DNA from: Candidatus Parcubacteria bacterium
Lineage (GTDB): Bacteria; Patescibacteriota; Saccharimonadia; UBA4664; JBIOIQ01
NCBI GenBank assembly: GCA_963718875.1
Contig: OY970378.1
Location: 260,396 to 324,395, forward strand
Direction: 5' to 3'
Length of the DNA stretch: 64,000 nt
In this document: positions 39,653 through 47,996 of the stretch, in pieces
How positions within the stretch are numbered: position 1 is the stretch's first letter
Layout: each line of letters starts with the position of its first letter
Translations under genes and position numbers: made by a program
The notes under the pieces: model-generated
Database searches by the model: none
What the model saw: the letters and a program-made list of their open reading frames with translations, nothing else
Told to the model about the DNA's origin: nothing

Positions 39653-40390
39653 ATGACTGGACTTCGCGTAGTAAAGGATGACGCGCAGGTCAAGCCTGGT
39701 ACTGAGTTCTTTGAGCTGCCACTGGACCTATTGGTCATTGGCGATGACTTCAGGCTAGACGAGGATCTTGAGAGTCTGCAAGCGTTGGCTGAATCAATTG
39801 CGGAACTGGGAGTGTTACAACCGTTACTGGTGCGGGCGAAGGGGGAGGTTTGGGAAGTGGTGGCTGGTCGTCGTCGTCTGGCGGCATCCCGCATGGCCAA
39901 CCTGGAAACCGTGCCGTGTATTGTGGTCAATTCCACTGCAGATCGACCGCTTGATGCTACTTTGGCGGAGAACTTGCATCGCCGCAACTTGTCTCCGATT
40001 GAAGAAGCTCTGGCGTATGCTCGCTTAAGAGATGGAGACGGATTGAACCAGAGACAGATTGCGGATCGCGTGCGCCGCTCCCAGTCACATGTGTCAATGC
40101 ACCTGCGTCTTTTGGATCTATCCGCTGAGGTACAAACCGCGGTCCATCAAGGCAAGCTTTCTTACGTTACGGCCCTTAGGGGACGTAATCGGCCCGGTGG
40201 GCGGGAAGGGGGAGCGGACATCAAGCCGCTTTACGGTGATGAAGGAGCCCTGGCTTCTCATTGGCGTCGCCGTCACGATAGACTGATGACGGCTCTCACG
40301 GTTCTGCTCAGGGCACATCCCGCGAACGTTGCGGAATATCGCCAAATGATTGAGCGGGTAAGAAAGCTGGACGCAAAGCCGCTAGCCTAG
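39653..40390 (+). CDS. ParB/Spo0J-family protein (orphan, no parA)
   Basis: LAESI..LGVLQPLLVR, VVAGRRRL, ENLHRRNLSPIEEA and an HTH; GGAGGA SD. Confidence 0.9.
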   Translation: MTGLRVVKDDAQVKPGTEFFELPLDLLVIGDDFRLDEDLESLQALAESIAELGVLQPLLVRAKGEVWEVVAGRRRLAASRMANLETVPCIVVNSTADRPLDATLAENLHRRNLSPIEEALAYARLRDGDGLNQRQIADRVRRSQSHVSMHLRLLDLSAEVQTAVHQGKLSYVTALRGRNRPGGREGGADIKPLYGDEGALASHWRRRHDRLMTALTVLLRAHPANVAEYRQMIERVRKLDAKPLA

Positions 40391-40516
40391 GCGGTATCTA
40401 TGGGTTACGGGGCGGGAAGACCATCTGGTTTTCCCGCTACCGGGCCCTTTTTTAGTTTGCCATGAAGTTATTAATCTATTTCAAAAAGCCCTCACATAAG
40501 GGTGAGGCATTTGCAT

Positions 40517-40545
40517 TGGCGGGAGCTGATTAACGATTTTCGAAC
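40517..40545 (+). repeat. att-like site copy 5
   Basis: TGGCGGGAGCTGATTAACGATTTTCGAAC. Confidence 0.9.
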
Positions 40546-40613
40546 GGTTTTAAACTCATAAACGCGTTGCGCCCCCAAGCTGAGCAGGGACGCGCGGCGT
40601 GAGGGCGGCGATA

Positions 40614-41195
40614 CTAGAAGCGACTAGGTTTCTTTCGCTTGGCGAAGCGAGGGAAGAACCGGGGGGTTGTAGCTTTATATTTCCTGTACGCATTTCCGAA
40701 GCGCTTTTCCAAGATCTTTTCCTCTTGAGGGACGCGCAAGAAGAATAGGAGAAAAGGGATTGAGTTTCCAAGGGTAGCAACCCAATTGGCGGATACGATG
40801 CCGAACCCGAGGGCAATTATGCCGTACCCGACGTATATCGGATTACGCACGAAATGATACGGCCCATGTGTAACTAGTTGGTGCTTTTTGTTCAGCCCTA
40901 CGCCGCCAACAAAGTTTTTGCCTATGGCTCTCCTACTGTAAATAACAAGCTGGAGCCCGCCGCAAAAGAACAATGCTGCTACAAATCGCCAGGCTGTTCC
41001 ATGCACGGGGAGGTTGGCAAACTCTAACCAGGTTGGATAGAGGTAAAAGATGGTTGTAGTGACGCAGGCGATGCAGATGGAGCATCCGATAATCAGTTCG
41101 CGGAATGGTACTCCTTGCGGCCTTCTGTGTAGTCTATGCGCTATAACAAGGAAGATTGCAAGCTCAAAAGCAGGCAAAGCATAGTGTGCGAACAC
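40614..41195 (-). CDS. Isoprenylcysteine carboxylmethyltransferase (ICMT/PEMT) family protein
   Basis: HQLVTHGPYHFVRNPIY and EEKILEKRFGNAYRKY motifs. Confidence 0.88.
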   Translation of the reverse strand: MFAHYALPAFELAIFLVIAHRLHRRPQGVPFRELIIGCSICIACVTTTIFYLYPTWLEFANLPVHGTAWRFVAALFFCGGLQLVIYSRRAIGKNFVGGVGLNKKHQLVTHGPYHFVRNPIYVGYGIIALGFGIVSANWVATLGNSIPFLLFFLRVPQEEKILEKRFGNAYRKYKATTPRFFPRFAKRKKPSRF

Positions 41196-41337
41196 AGCGA
41201 CTCCAGTATGGTCGAGGGATAACTTATTATATCATAAATGTGATTTTAGAACGAAAGTAGCGATGATTACTCGGTTTAATAACGAAAAAGGCCCACGGGG
41301 TTGGACCGAAATGGTCTCTTCCGTGGGCTGTTGCCCA

Positions 41338-42027
41338 TTATGAGGAGGGCGGGATCTCTTTGTATAGCTCCCAACGCTGGTGCCGCTTGCCAGACAACGT
41401 GAGTCCGGATCGGCCGAGAGCTTCACGAATTGCTTCGAAGCGGTCGAGAGCTTTCTGAACAACTCGCTCAGTTCGACCGTACCCAGCAAGCATCAGCCTG
41501 CAAACGGTGAACTCATCAAGTTCCGTCAGTGCTTCGACCGTGGTGATCCCAGCGTCGAGGATCAGTTGGAGCGCGACCTGTGCGTCATGCGATCCGGCCA
41601 GACTAAGACCCTGCAGTGCGTGAGCGCGGGGATGAGGGGAAATCAGCAGCGGTGCTTCCATGCGATTGAGGTTTTCGAAGTAACTGTTGGCCCATGTTAT
41701 CGCTCGACGTCCAATCTCCTCCAGGAAGTCGTCAATAAGGTGGGTCATTGCTCCGCATGAATTGCAGTATCCGGTCCTTCTCTGGCTCCGCGGGTTAACG
41801 GCGATGTCGGACTGCTCGACTGGCGAGCCGGGGCTGGCGGGCTCGAAGTAGGTGCCTTTGAGTTGTCCCACGATGTATGCACCGAGGGTGACACGACTTC
41901 CTCTAGATCCGCTGGGGCATCCAGCATGGCAGGTGACCTGCGGGGATGCGTAGACAAGTCCTTCGCCGTCGGGCTGGTCGCTTTGACGGGAGAAGTGAAC
42001 GTGAAGGAGTCTCTGTCGACGACTCAT
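41338..42027 (-). CDS. Orphan protein with Cys pairs
   Basis: 229 aa; CHAGC and CNSC; followed by module H. Confidence 0.65.
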   Translation of the reverse strand: MSRRQRLLHVHFSRQSDQPDGEGLVYASPQVTCHAGCPSGSRGSRVTLGAYIVGQLKGTYFEPASPGSPVEQSDIAVNPRSQRRTGYCNSCGAMTHLIDDFLEEIGRRAITWANSYFENLNRMEAPLLISPHPRAHALQGLSLAGSHDAQVALQLILDAGITTVEALTELDEFTVCRLMLAGYGRTERVVQKALDRFEAIREALGRSGLTLSGKRHQRWELYKEIPPSS

Positions 42028-42175
42028 GATGTTACCACCTTTCCAAGTGGTTGGGGGAACGCTTCAAGTATCCAAGAAGCTTTATTAACTATAACATACT
42101 TCAGCAATAAAAACAAGTTATCACAAAAAGAAACAAAAAGAGACTCCGAAAAGTCTCATTTAAGCATAAGTACTA

Positions 42176-42204
42176 TGGCGGGAGCTTATTAACGATTTTC
42201 GAAC
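42176..42204 (+). repeat. att-like site copy 6
   Basis: TGGCGGGAGCTTATTAACGATTTTCGAAC. Confidence 0.9.
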
Positions 42205-42378
42205 GGTTACGGCTCAAGCTTAACCGAGATAAGTTTGACATAACGTAAGAATTATGATAAGATGAAGCGATTCTGACGAAAGTCAGCGCTCCTCTCCTGC
42301 GAGTTGGAATTGGCATTTAGGTAAGTAGGCAAAAAGTAGTTGCTTGAATGCCAAGTCCAAATACAGGAGGTATCCGAA

Positions 42379-43023
42379 ATGACAAAGACAATGACCGGCC
42401 CCCAGACCCTCGACGCATTGATTCAGAACTGGTTCATGCTGAGCGATGCCCATTTCATCTCCGTCCTTGGTGACGGCGAGCAGGCACATGAGCTTCTTGA
42501 AGCACTCGACTGCATCGATGAGTCCATCCGCGCCTGCATTGCTCGCGATATCAGACTTGTGCTTGACAACGAGCTGCTCCTCACCAATGAGCGTGTTTGG
42601 CGGTTGCTCTACCACGGAGAAAAGTTAGTAGACGCCATGCTCATGCAGGACTCAGTCCCACGCTTGGCATGGAGTTATGCGCTCAAGTATGTACCTCGAC
42701 GACGCATCCAGGTAGCCGACAGATTGATCGCTGACGGTCAATCCCGGATGCTTCACATAATCGCCCGGATGGTTCCGGAGCGGGCGCGGCTAGCGTGGGA
42801 GATGCTCTGGGGAGGGCCGAGCAATCCTTCCCTGAACACGATCTTGTCGATCGCTAAGGCAAACCCCATGTTCCGTGCCGAAGTCGCCCAGATGCTGCTC
42901 GAGGGTTACCCAAGGGACCGAATTAGTGCCAAATCCATGGCGTGGGTCAGGCGCTACGGCGAGCCTGCTCAACGTTTGGAGGCAGAAGCTCAGCTCGAGC
43001 GTCTGAAGGCTGACCCTCGCTAA
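42379..43023 (+). CDS. Helical orphan protein (cassette between modules B and A)
   Basis: AGGAGG SD before ATG 42379. Confidence 0.7.
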   Translation: MTKTMTGPQTLDALIQNWFMLSDAHFISVLGDGEQAHELLEALDCIDESIRACIARDIRLVLDNELLLTNERVWRLLYHGEKLVDAMLMQDSVPRLAWSYALKYVPRRRIQVADRLIADGQSRMLHIIARMVPERARLAWEMLWGGPSNPSLNTILSIAKANPMFRAEVAQMLLEGYPRDRISAKSMAWVRRYGEPAQRLEAEAQLERLKADPR

Positions 43024-43065
43024 CCGTTCCTCTGAACCGCGCCGCTGGTCGTTCCCAACCTGCAC

Positions 43066-43338
43066 AGCCTCGCCGTTCACCTCCATGGTGGGCGGCGGGG
43101 CCGATTCCCAAGTCAATTTATGTAAGTTGGTTTAGGAATCGAAAAAAGCTGGGCTCGACCCTTCGATAAACTCAGGGTAAACCGGATACGGGCTTGACTA
43201 CGTCAACCCTGGCTGCCCGATCGGTCACAGTGCTCCCTCGGGCTAGTCGAACCGGCAGAAGATCGCCGATTCGAATATTCGCTAGCGCTCATCAAGAAAA
43301 GCCGACAACCACAAGGGTCATCGGCTTTTCTTGGCGGG
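43066..43338 (+). repeat. ~250-bp direct repeat of the tRNA-Asp 3' flank
   Basis: Matches 49074-49324 and ends exactly at TGGCGGG. Confidence 0.92.
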
Positions 43339-43360
43339 AGCTTATTAACGATTTTCGAAC
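43332..43360 (+). repeat. att-like site copy 7
   Basis: TGGCGGGAGCTTATTAACGATTTTCGAAC. Confidence 0.9.
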
Positions 43361-43427
43361 GGTTTTAGCCTCATAAATGACGAAAGCTCCCAAACAGGCG
43401 AACTTTCGTTGGCTGCTTGAGAGCTGA

Positions 43428-43913
43428 TCAAACCCTTGAATGGGCGTTCCAGACGGGAGTGCGTACTTCAGAACTCTCTACCTGGAATGCTTCCATCAAG
43501 GCCAGGATATTGCGTCCCCATTGAGTAGTGCGGTCCAGCTCCTCCAAGTACTGCGAAGCTTTGCGGGTGCCAGCATTGACCTCGGCGGTGAGTTTTGCAT
43601 GAGTCGCGAGAATGTCCTGGATGATCAGCTGGATGGCTTCCTTCTGCGACATGTCGCAGGCTTCAGCGAGACGTTGGCACATGTCGAGAAAATCCTCGAA
43701 GGGCGCATCCATGCTTCTCACGACCGTCCCATCGTCTGGTATGTAGGACTCATTGCTGTCACGCGTGGCGCCAGCAGCCAGGTTCCAGGTAATGGCAGCG
43801 AGGTTCTTTGGATTTACGCCATCGCTGCGGATCCCTAGCGGATGCCAAAAACCCCGCAAGTCAAACTGTGTCATGACGATGGCACGGTCGATATTGGGCC
43901 TGAAAAAGGGCAT
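43428..43913 (-). CDS. Orphan hypothetical protein
   Basis: GGAGG SD before ATG 43913. Confidence 0.65.
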   Translation of the reverse strand: MPFFRPNIDRAIVMTQFDLRGFWHPLGIRSDGVNPKNLAAITWNLAAGATRDSNESYIPDDGTVVRSMDAPFEDFLDMCQRLAEACDMSQKEAIQLIIQDILATHAKLTAEVNAGTRKASQYLEELDRTTQWGRNILALMEAFQVESSEVRTPVWNAHSRV

Positions 43914-44180
43914 AGTATTGCCTCCAAGGTAGGTACGAGTAGGGCTTGGATCTATGCGGCACATAATATCATAAAATAAACAAAATGGCAATAATTTTAA
44001 CCTGAGCCACCAGCACAGAGGATGGCTTTCTATATCTCGTTCACTTTGAGATAAGCAAACAAATAGCTTAAGTAAGCAATAATAAAAGTTAACTTTTTAT
44101 AGGGTTGTTGCTACTGGAAATTCACAAGTCACCTCTTTAACGCTATGATTCAATTACGTCTTGCGATCTAGGAGGTCGTC

Positions 44181-44600
44181 ATGAAGTCCCTACTGTTTAA
44201 TCAATGTCCAAAGCCGGATGTAAACGGCCGGGTTCCGCTAGGTGGCGAGAGACTTGCCCAAATCGATAGCTACACAGTCAAGATCGATACGGCTTCTGGC
44301 TGGTGGGTGTTGGGTTGCATCGCCTTCACTCTGGTGTGCGCTGCTCTTGCCGCCCTTTTATCTCCAATTAGCGGAGACCTTCGCTGGATGTTCTTAATCG
44401 GTGGGGTCATCTTGGGGATGGGCGCATGTTGCGGTCTCTTCGCTGCTGTAGTGGCAGCAGACTATCGTGAGCATGTCAGAAAAGGCGGCCGGGTAGAATA
44501 TATGTCTCATCCATACCCCCATTTGCTCACCTGCGTGGGGCTAGGACGAGATACCAAAGACCCTTACGGCAGGAGGTGGCCAGGGCCGAAATCGGCCTGA
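44181..44600 (+). CDS. Orphan 2-TM membrane protein
   Basis: AGGAGG SD; two hydrophobic helices. Confidence 0.65.
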   Translation: MKSLLFNQCPKPDVNGRVPLGGERLAQIDSYTVKIDTASGWWVLGCIAFTLVCAALAALLSPISGDLRWMFLIGGVILGMGACCGLFAAVVAADYREHVRKGGRVEYMSHPYPHLLTCVGLGRDTKDPYGRRWPGPKSA

Positions 44601-44848
44601 GATGATGTTAAAAAGCCTGGACGGGGTGGAGGGCTAAGTGCCTCCTGTCCAGGTTAGCGGCCGGGAGAAATTCCGGCCTTTTGTATTGCTGGCGCGTTAC
44701 GTCAACATGGAGGACCAGGTTAGAACTTATTTTATGGTTATTTGAGCATATAAAAGGTGAAACCCCGCCAGAATCAGCGAGGCCACCTTGGAAGATGGTA
44801 CTGATCTTGACGGGGCTGTGGCTTGTAAGTGCTCCCGGTCTGGCTGCT

Positions 44849-45226
44849 CTAGTTCGGATTAAAGATGCGCTTGATGAGCCCGACTGCCCAGAAGGGTGGG
44901 CTTAGCAGAAGACTCAGCCAGATCAATCCCTCCCACCAGACCATCTTTACATCTTCTTCGTAATCGTAAACCAGCTCGGTGAGTACGCCCATGCCGACGA
45001 GCCAGCCGCAGATGAAGAGCAGAAAGGCGAAGATGGCGATTCCATCTCCGGTGCTCAGGTTCTGCTTTCCCGATGGGGAAAAGACTTCGAACCTCTTGCT
45101 CAGTTTCATTCCGCACATGCCGCTGCCTGAGCTGGATGGGGCAGGACATGTGGTTTGGTCTTGTTCGTCGACGGATATGAGTCCGTGGGTGTTGCACTCG
45201 CGAACCGGCCAGCTACGTACTTGCAT
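44849..45226 (-). CDS. Orphan protein: putative Zn domain plus 2 TM helices
   Basis: N-terminus paralogous to 31419-31724. Confidence 0.75.
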   Translation of the reverse strand: MQVRSWPVRECNTHGLISVDEQDQTTCPAPSSSGSGMCGMKLSKRFEVFSPSGKQNLSTGDGIAIFAFLLFICGWLVGMGVLTELVYDYEEDVKMVWWEGLIWLSLLLSPPFWAVGLIKRIFNPN

Positions 45227-45378
45227 TTGGATTCTCCCGTAGTAGGGCAGAGCGCTTAGATGCGCTTCGCTTGATGACTTGCAGAGATTACGTATGATAA
45301 TAGCATTTTTTTATAAAAAGTCAATCGAAATTAAATAAACAAACAAAAAAGAGGCTTCGTAAAGCCTCAATAATTGCA

Positions 45379-45407
45379 TGGCGGGAGCTTATTGATGATT
45401 TTCGAAC
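45379..45407 (+). repeat. att-like site copy 8
   Basis: TGGCGGGAGCTTATTGATGATTTTCGAAC. Confidence 0.9.
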
Positions 45408-45497
45408 TACAGCTGCATTATAAAATGACGATGCCCCCAAAGATGCCTTGCGGCGTCCGAGGGGGCAGTTCGTCAGTCGAGCGAAGGAGCGGCCTTA

Positions 45498-45794
45498 TCA
45501 AGAGGCAATGACGGTGTAGTGGATGCGATGCCAGAGGCCTGTTTTGTAGGGCAGGATGCCCGCATCGTTCAGGTAGAGGCGCTCGGGGGAGCCGGGGTGA
45601 CCAACTTCTCTGACCATGACGAACGGCGCTTCTTCGGTTTCTACGCCGCTGACGATTTCGAACTTCATGCCGCCGTGGAATCGCGTGTCATGTCGTCGGA
45701 TGATGGTTCCTGGTGTGAGGAGGTAGAGATCGTCGGGCCCGAGAGCACCGGGGTGTTGCGGTCGGACGTCGGTAAGATCGGGGTCGGCTCTCAT
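45498..45794 (-). CDS. Orphan small beta protein
   Basis: 98 aa; TTGACT-17-TATAAT promoter 45852-45880. Confidence 0.6.
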   Translation of the reverse strand: MRADPDLTDVRPQHPGALGPDDLYLLTPGTIIRRHDTRFHGGMKFEIVSGVETEEAPFVMVREVGHPGSPERLYLNDAGILPYKTGLWHRIHYTVIAS

Positions 45795-45927
45795 CGTTGA
45801 CTTTTATTCGGCTGACGGATGTACTGATGCATTTTCGCACCATTAATGTTGATTATAGCATAAGCATGATAATAAGTCAATAATCTTGATTACATAACAA
45901 AAATAGGCAAGACCTTAATAAGTATTA

Positions 45928-45976
45928 TTGCGGGAGCCTGTTTGCCGACAGGCAGGCTAATTAACGATTTTCGAAC
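45928..45976 (+). repeat. att-like site copy 9, interrupted by a 20-bp palindrome
   Basis: TTGCGGGAG[CCTGTTTGCCGACAGGCAGG]CTAATTAACGATTTTCGAAC. Confidence 0.85.
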
Positions 45977-46041
45977 CGTTTACTCGGTTTAATAACGGAA
46001 AGAGCCCCCAGGCAGAGGGATTTCCGTATTGCTTGAGGGCT

Positions 46042-46278
46042 TCAATTGGAAGGTCGCTTGATGCGCCGTACGAATTCATCGACATCGTCTTGATGTATAC
46101 GTGTCGCATGGTGGTTGCCGTCATCGATCTTGAATCGCAAGCCCCTCCCTAGGGCTGGCCTACCCGCTATGCCTTCGATGAAATAGCTGACATACTGCGT
46201 CTGCCGACCAACTAGATCTGATACCACCATCAGTGGCACATAGCCATCGGCGTCCGGTGAGTTATCGAAGATGGGCAT
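46042..46278 (-). CDS. Orphan 78-aa protein
   Basis: Co-oriented with the upstream ORF; RIHQDDVDEFVRR tail. Confidence 0.6.
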   Translation of the reverse strand: MPIFDNSPDADGYVPLMVVSDLVGRQTQYVSYFIEGIAGRPALGRGLRFKIDDGNHHATRIHQDDVDEFVRRIKRPSN

Positions 46279-46290
46279 CTTTGGCCAGAT

Positions 46291-46605
46291 TCAATTAGTT
46301 TTCTCGGCTGCAGTCTCGATGTTGACTTTGGCTTCCATGACAGCGACTTGCCCCATGTACTTGGGGATCATTGCGATGGCAGCCTTTCCGGCACGTGCTT
46401 TGGCAGCCTCTTCCGTCTCAGCCGAGAGACTGAAGTCAAACCTGACCTCACAGAAGACGTTTGGGTCTGGTTCGATGAAGATTTCCAAACCCCAGAAGTC
46501 GTAATCATGGAGCAGGGTTTGACGGATTTCGGCCTCGTGTTGAGGAAGCAGGGTTGTAGCCGGACCTACCAAGGACAGGGTGACGTGGGCTTTCCAGTCT
46601 TGCAT
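46291..46605 (-). CDS. Orphan 104-aa protein
   Basis: AAAGGAG SD; follows leader module I. Confidence 0.65.
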   Translation of the reverse strand: MQDWKAHVTLSLVGPATTLLPQHEAEIRQTLLHDYDFWGLEIFIEPDPNVFCEVRFDFSLSAETEEAAKARAGKAAIAMIPKYMGQVAVMEAKVNIETAAEKTN

Positions 46606-46886
46606 TGCGACTCCTTTTGTCGGGGGTTCCACCGGATGAAAGCGCACCGGTCCACGCATTCAGAACGAATTGATAACTATGCTACTAAAATACGCTTATT
46701 GCAACCATAAGCGGCAAAGCTTATCGAGAAAGTATTGACAAAGCATAAGTATTGTGCTAGTATTGTTGGATTCAATCGTTAAGGTTGAAATGTTCCTTAC
46801 AACTTCCTTTCTTGGTGTTTGTCGACTTGGTCACTAACAGCTTTAGCTGCTAGATCGACAGACATCTCAACGAAAGGAAAACTGTC

Positions 46887-47495
46887 ATGACACTGGCCGT
46901 CCAGATCTTCATCCACTCCAACCCCTTTGTCGGGATCATTTCCGACGTGGCATTCAACCGCATCGTTTCACGAGCGGTTTACGCAAGGGCCGAGGACATC
47001 CAGAAGCGCTACATGGCGGGCGAATACCCCCGCGATTCCTTCAGCTTCACCATACTCGACCCCACAGCTCCGGCCTCAACACCGAGCGAGGACGCCATCA
47101 TGGTGCTTGCCCTCATCGGGCCAGAGGGAGCAGACTTCGCTCCCAACGGCCTTGCCAAGGCAATCGAACACCGGGACTCGGGTACGGAGTGTGGTGTGCT
47201 GGTGTACACCCAGAAGCACCGGCTGCCCAGTGGAAGCTTCCGCTACGGGTTCTCCGTCTGCCTCGACGGCACCTACGTCGGCGGCAGTGGCGAAACCGAA
47301 CTTCAGGACCGCTACCAGTGCACCCTTCTCGCCGCGGATTTCAACCTCCGCATCGACACGACCATCAAGGAGTGGGAAGAGGTTCACGGCCCCGGTCGCT
47401 GGTTCAGCGAAGACAACAAGCCGGGCAGACGCATCACAGACGCGCTTGTATCGGTCATGTCAAGCCACCCCATGAGCCGTCCTGGCACGTCATGA
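46887..47495 (+). CDS. Hypothetical protein, possibly divergent GlcG/HbpS-like
   Basis: GAAAGGA SD; GLAKA...YVGGSGETELQD resembles the ORF at 48591; TTGACA-17-TAGTAT promoter 46735-46763. Confidence 0.6.
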   Translation: MTLAVQIFIHSNPFVGIISDVAFNRIVSRAVYARAEDIQKRYMAGEYPRDSFSFTILDPTAPASTPSEDAIMVLALIGPEGADFAPNGLAKAIEHRDSGTECGVLVYTQKHRLPSGSFRYGFSVCLDGTYVGGSGETELQDRYQCTLLAADFNLRIDTTIKEWEEVHGPGRWFSEDNKPGRRITDALVSVMSSHPMSRPGTS

Positions 47496-47507
47496 CGTAA
47501 GCAGCAC

Positions 47508-47630
47508 AGCCTCGCCGTTCACCCTAGGGTGGGCGGCGGGGCCGATTCCCAAGCCCGTTAACGCAAGTTAATTGGCTTAGTAGTCGAAAGACTGATTTAC
47601 ATTCCCACAACCGCTCTGAAAGGAGCAACC
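47508..47630 (+). repeat. Intergenic module A plus leader (~123 bp)
   Basis: Near-identical to 48467-48590; ends at the ATG. Confidence 0.92.
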
Positions 47631-47996
47631 ATGCTGAATTCTGTCGCCCGAGCCTCCCAGGCACTGGCAATCTGGCGCATCGCCGAAACCGGAGTCACCA
47701 ATGAGACGGACAACCGGGCCGATCTGAAAGGAGCGGTAGTACAAGCCCATCAGCAGTTCTTGCAGGCGGCCTACGACGTCGCCTTTGAACTGGTCCCCTT
47801 GCTTCTGAAGCACGGGGAAGTAGTCGCCAAGACTACAGTTCGCTACTCGGCTACTCCGGCCAACGGCGGCTTCGTACTGCAGGCGATGTCCGAAGACGAT
47901 CCCGGCATGCCGCTGAATCCCAACTCGCACGTCGAGCGGATACTCCAGCTCATGGTCGACCTGACGGAGCTGCTCGAGATCCTAGGGGTAGAGTAA
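47631..47996 (+). CDS. Orphan helical protein
   Basis: AAGGAG SD; GC3-rich codons. Confidence 0.7.
   Translation: MLNSVARASQALAIWRIAETGVTNETDNRADLKGAVVQAHQQFLQAAYDVAFELVPLLLKHGEVVAKTTVRYSATPANGGFVLQAMSEDDPGMPLNPNSHVERILQLMVDLTELLEILGVE

Noticed and set aside
43194-43376. 60-aa ORF ending WRELINDFRTVLAS as a real gene
   Set aside because: TTG start inside a structured repeat with no SD; only the tail appears meaningful.
31319-45976. CRISPR array interpretation of the 29-bp repeat
   Set aside because: Spacing is 0.5-5.6 kb with whole genes between copies, and there are no cas genes.
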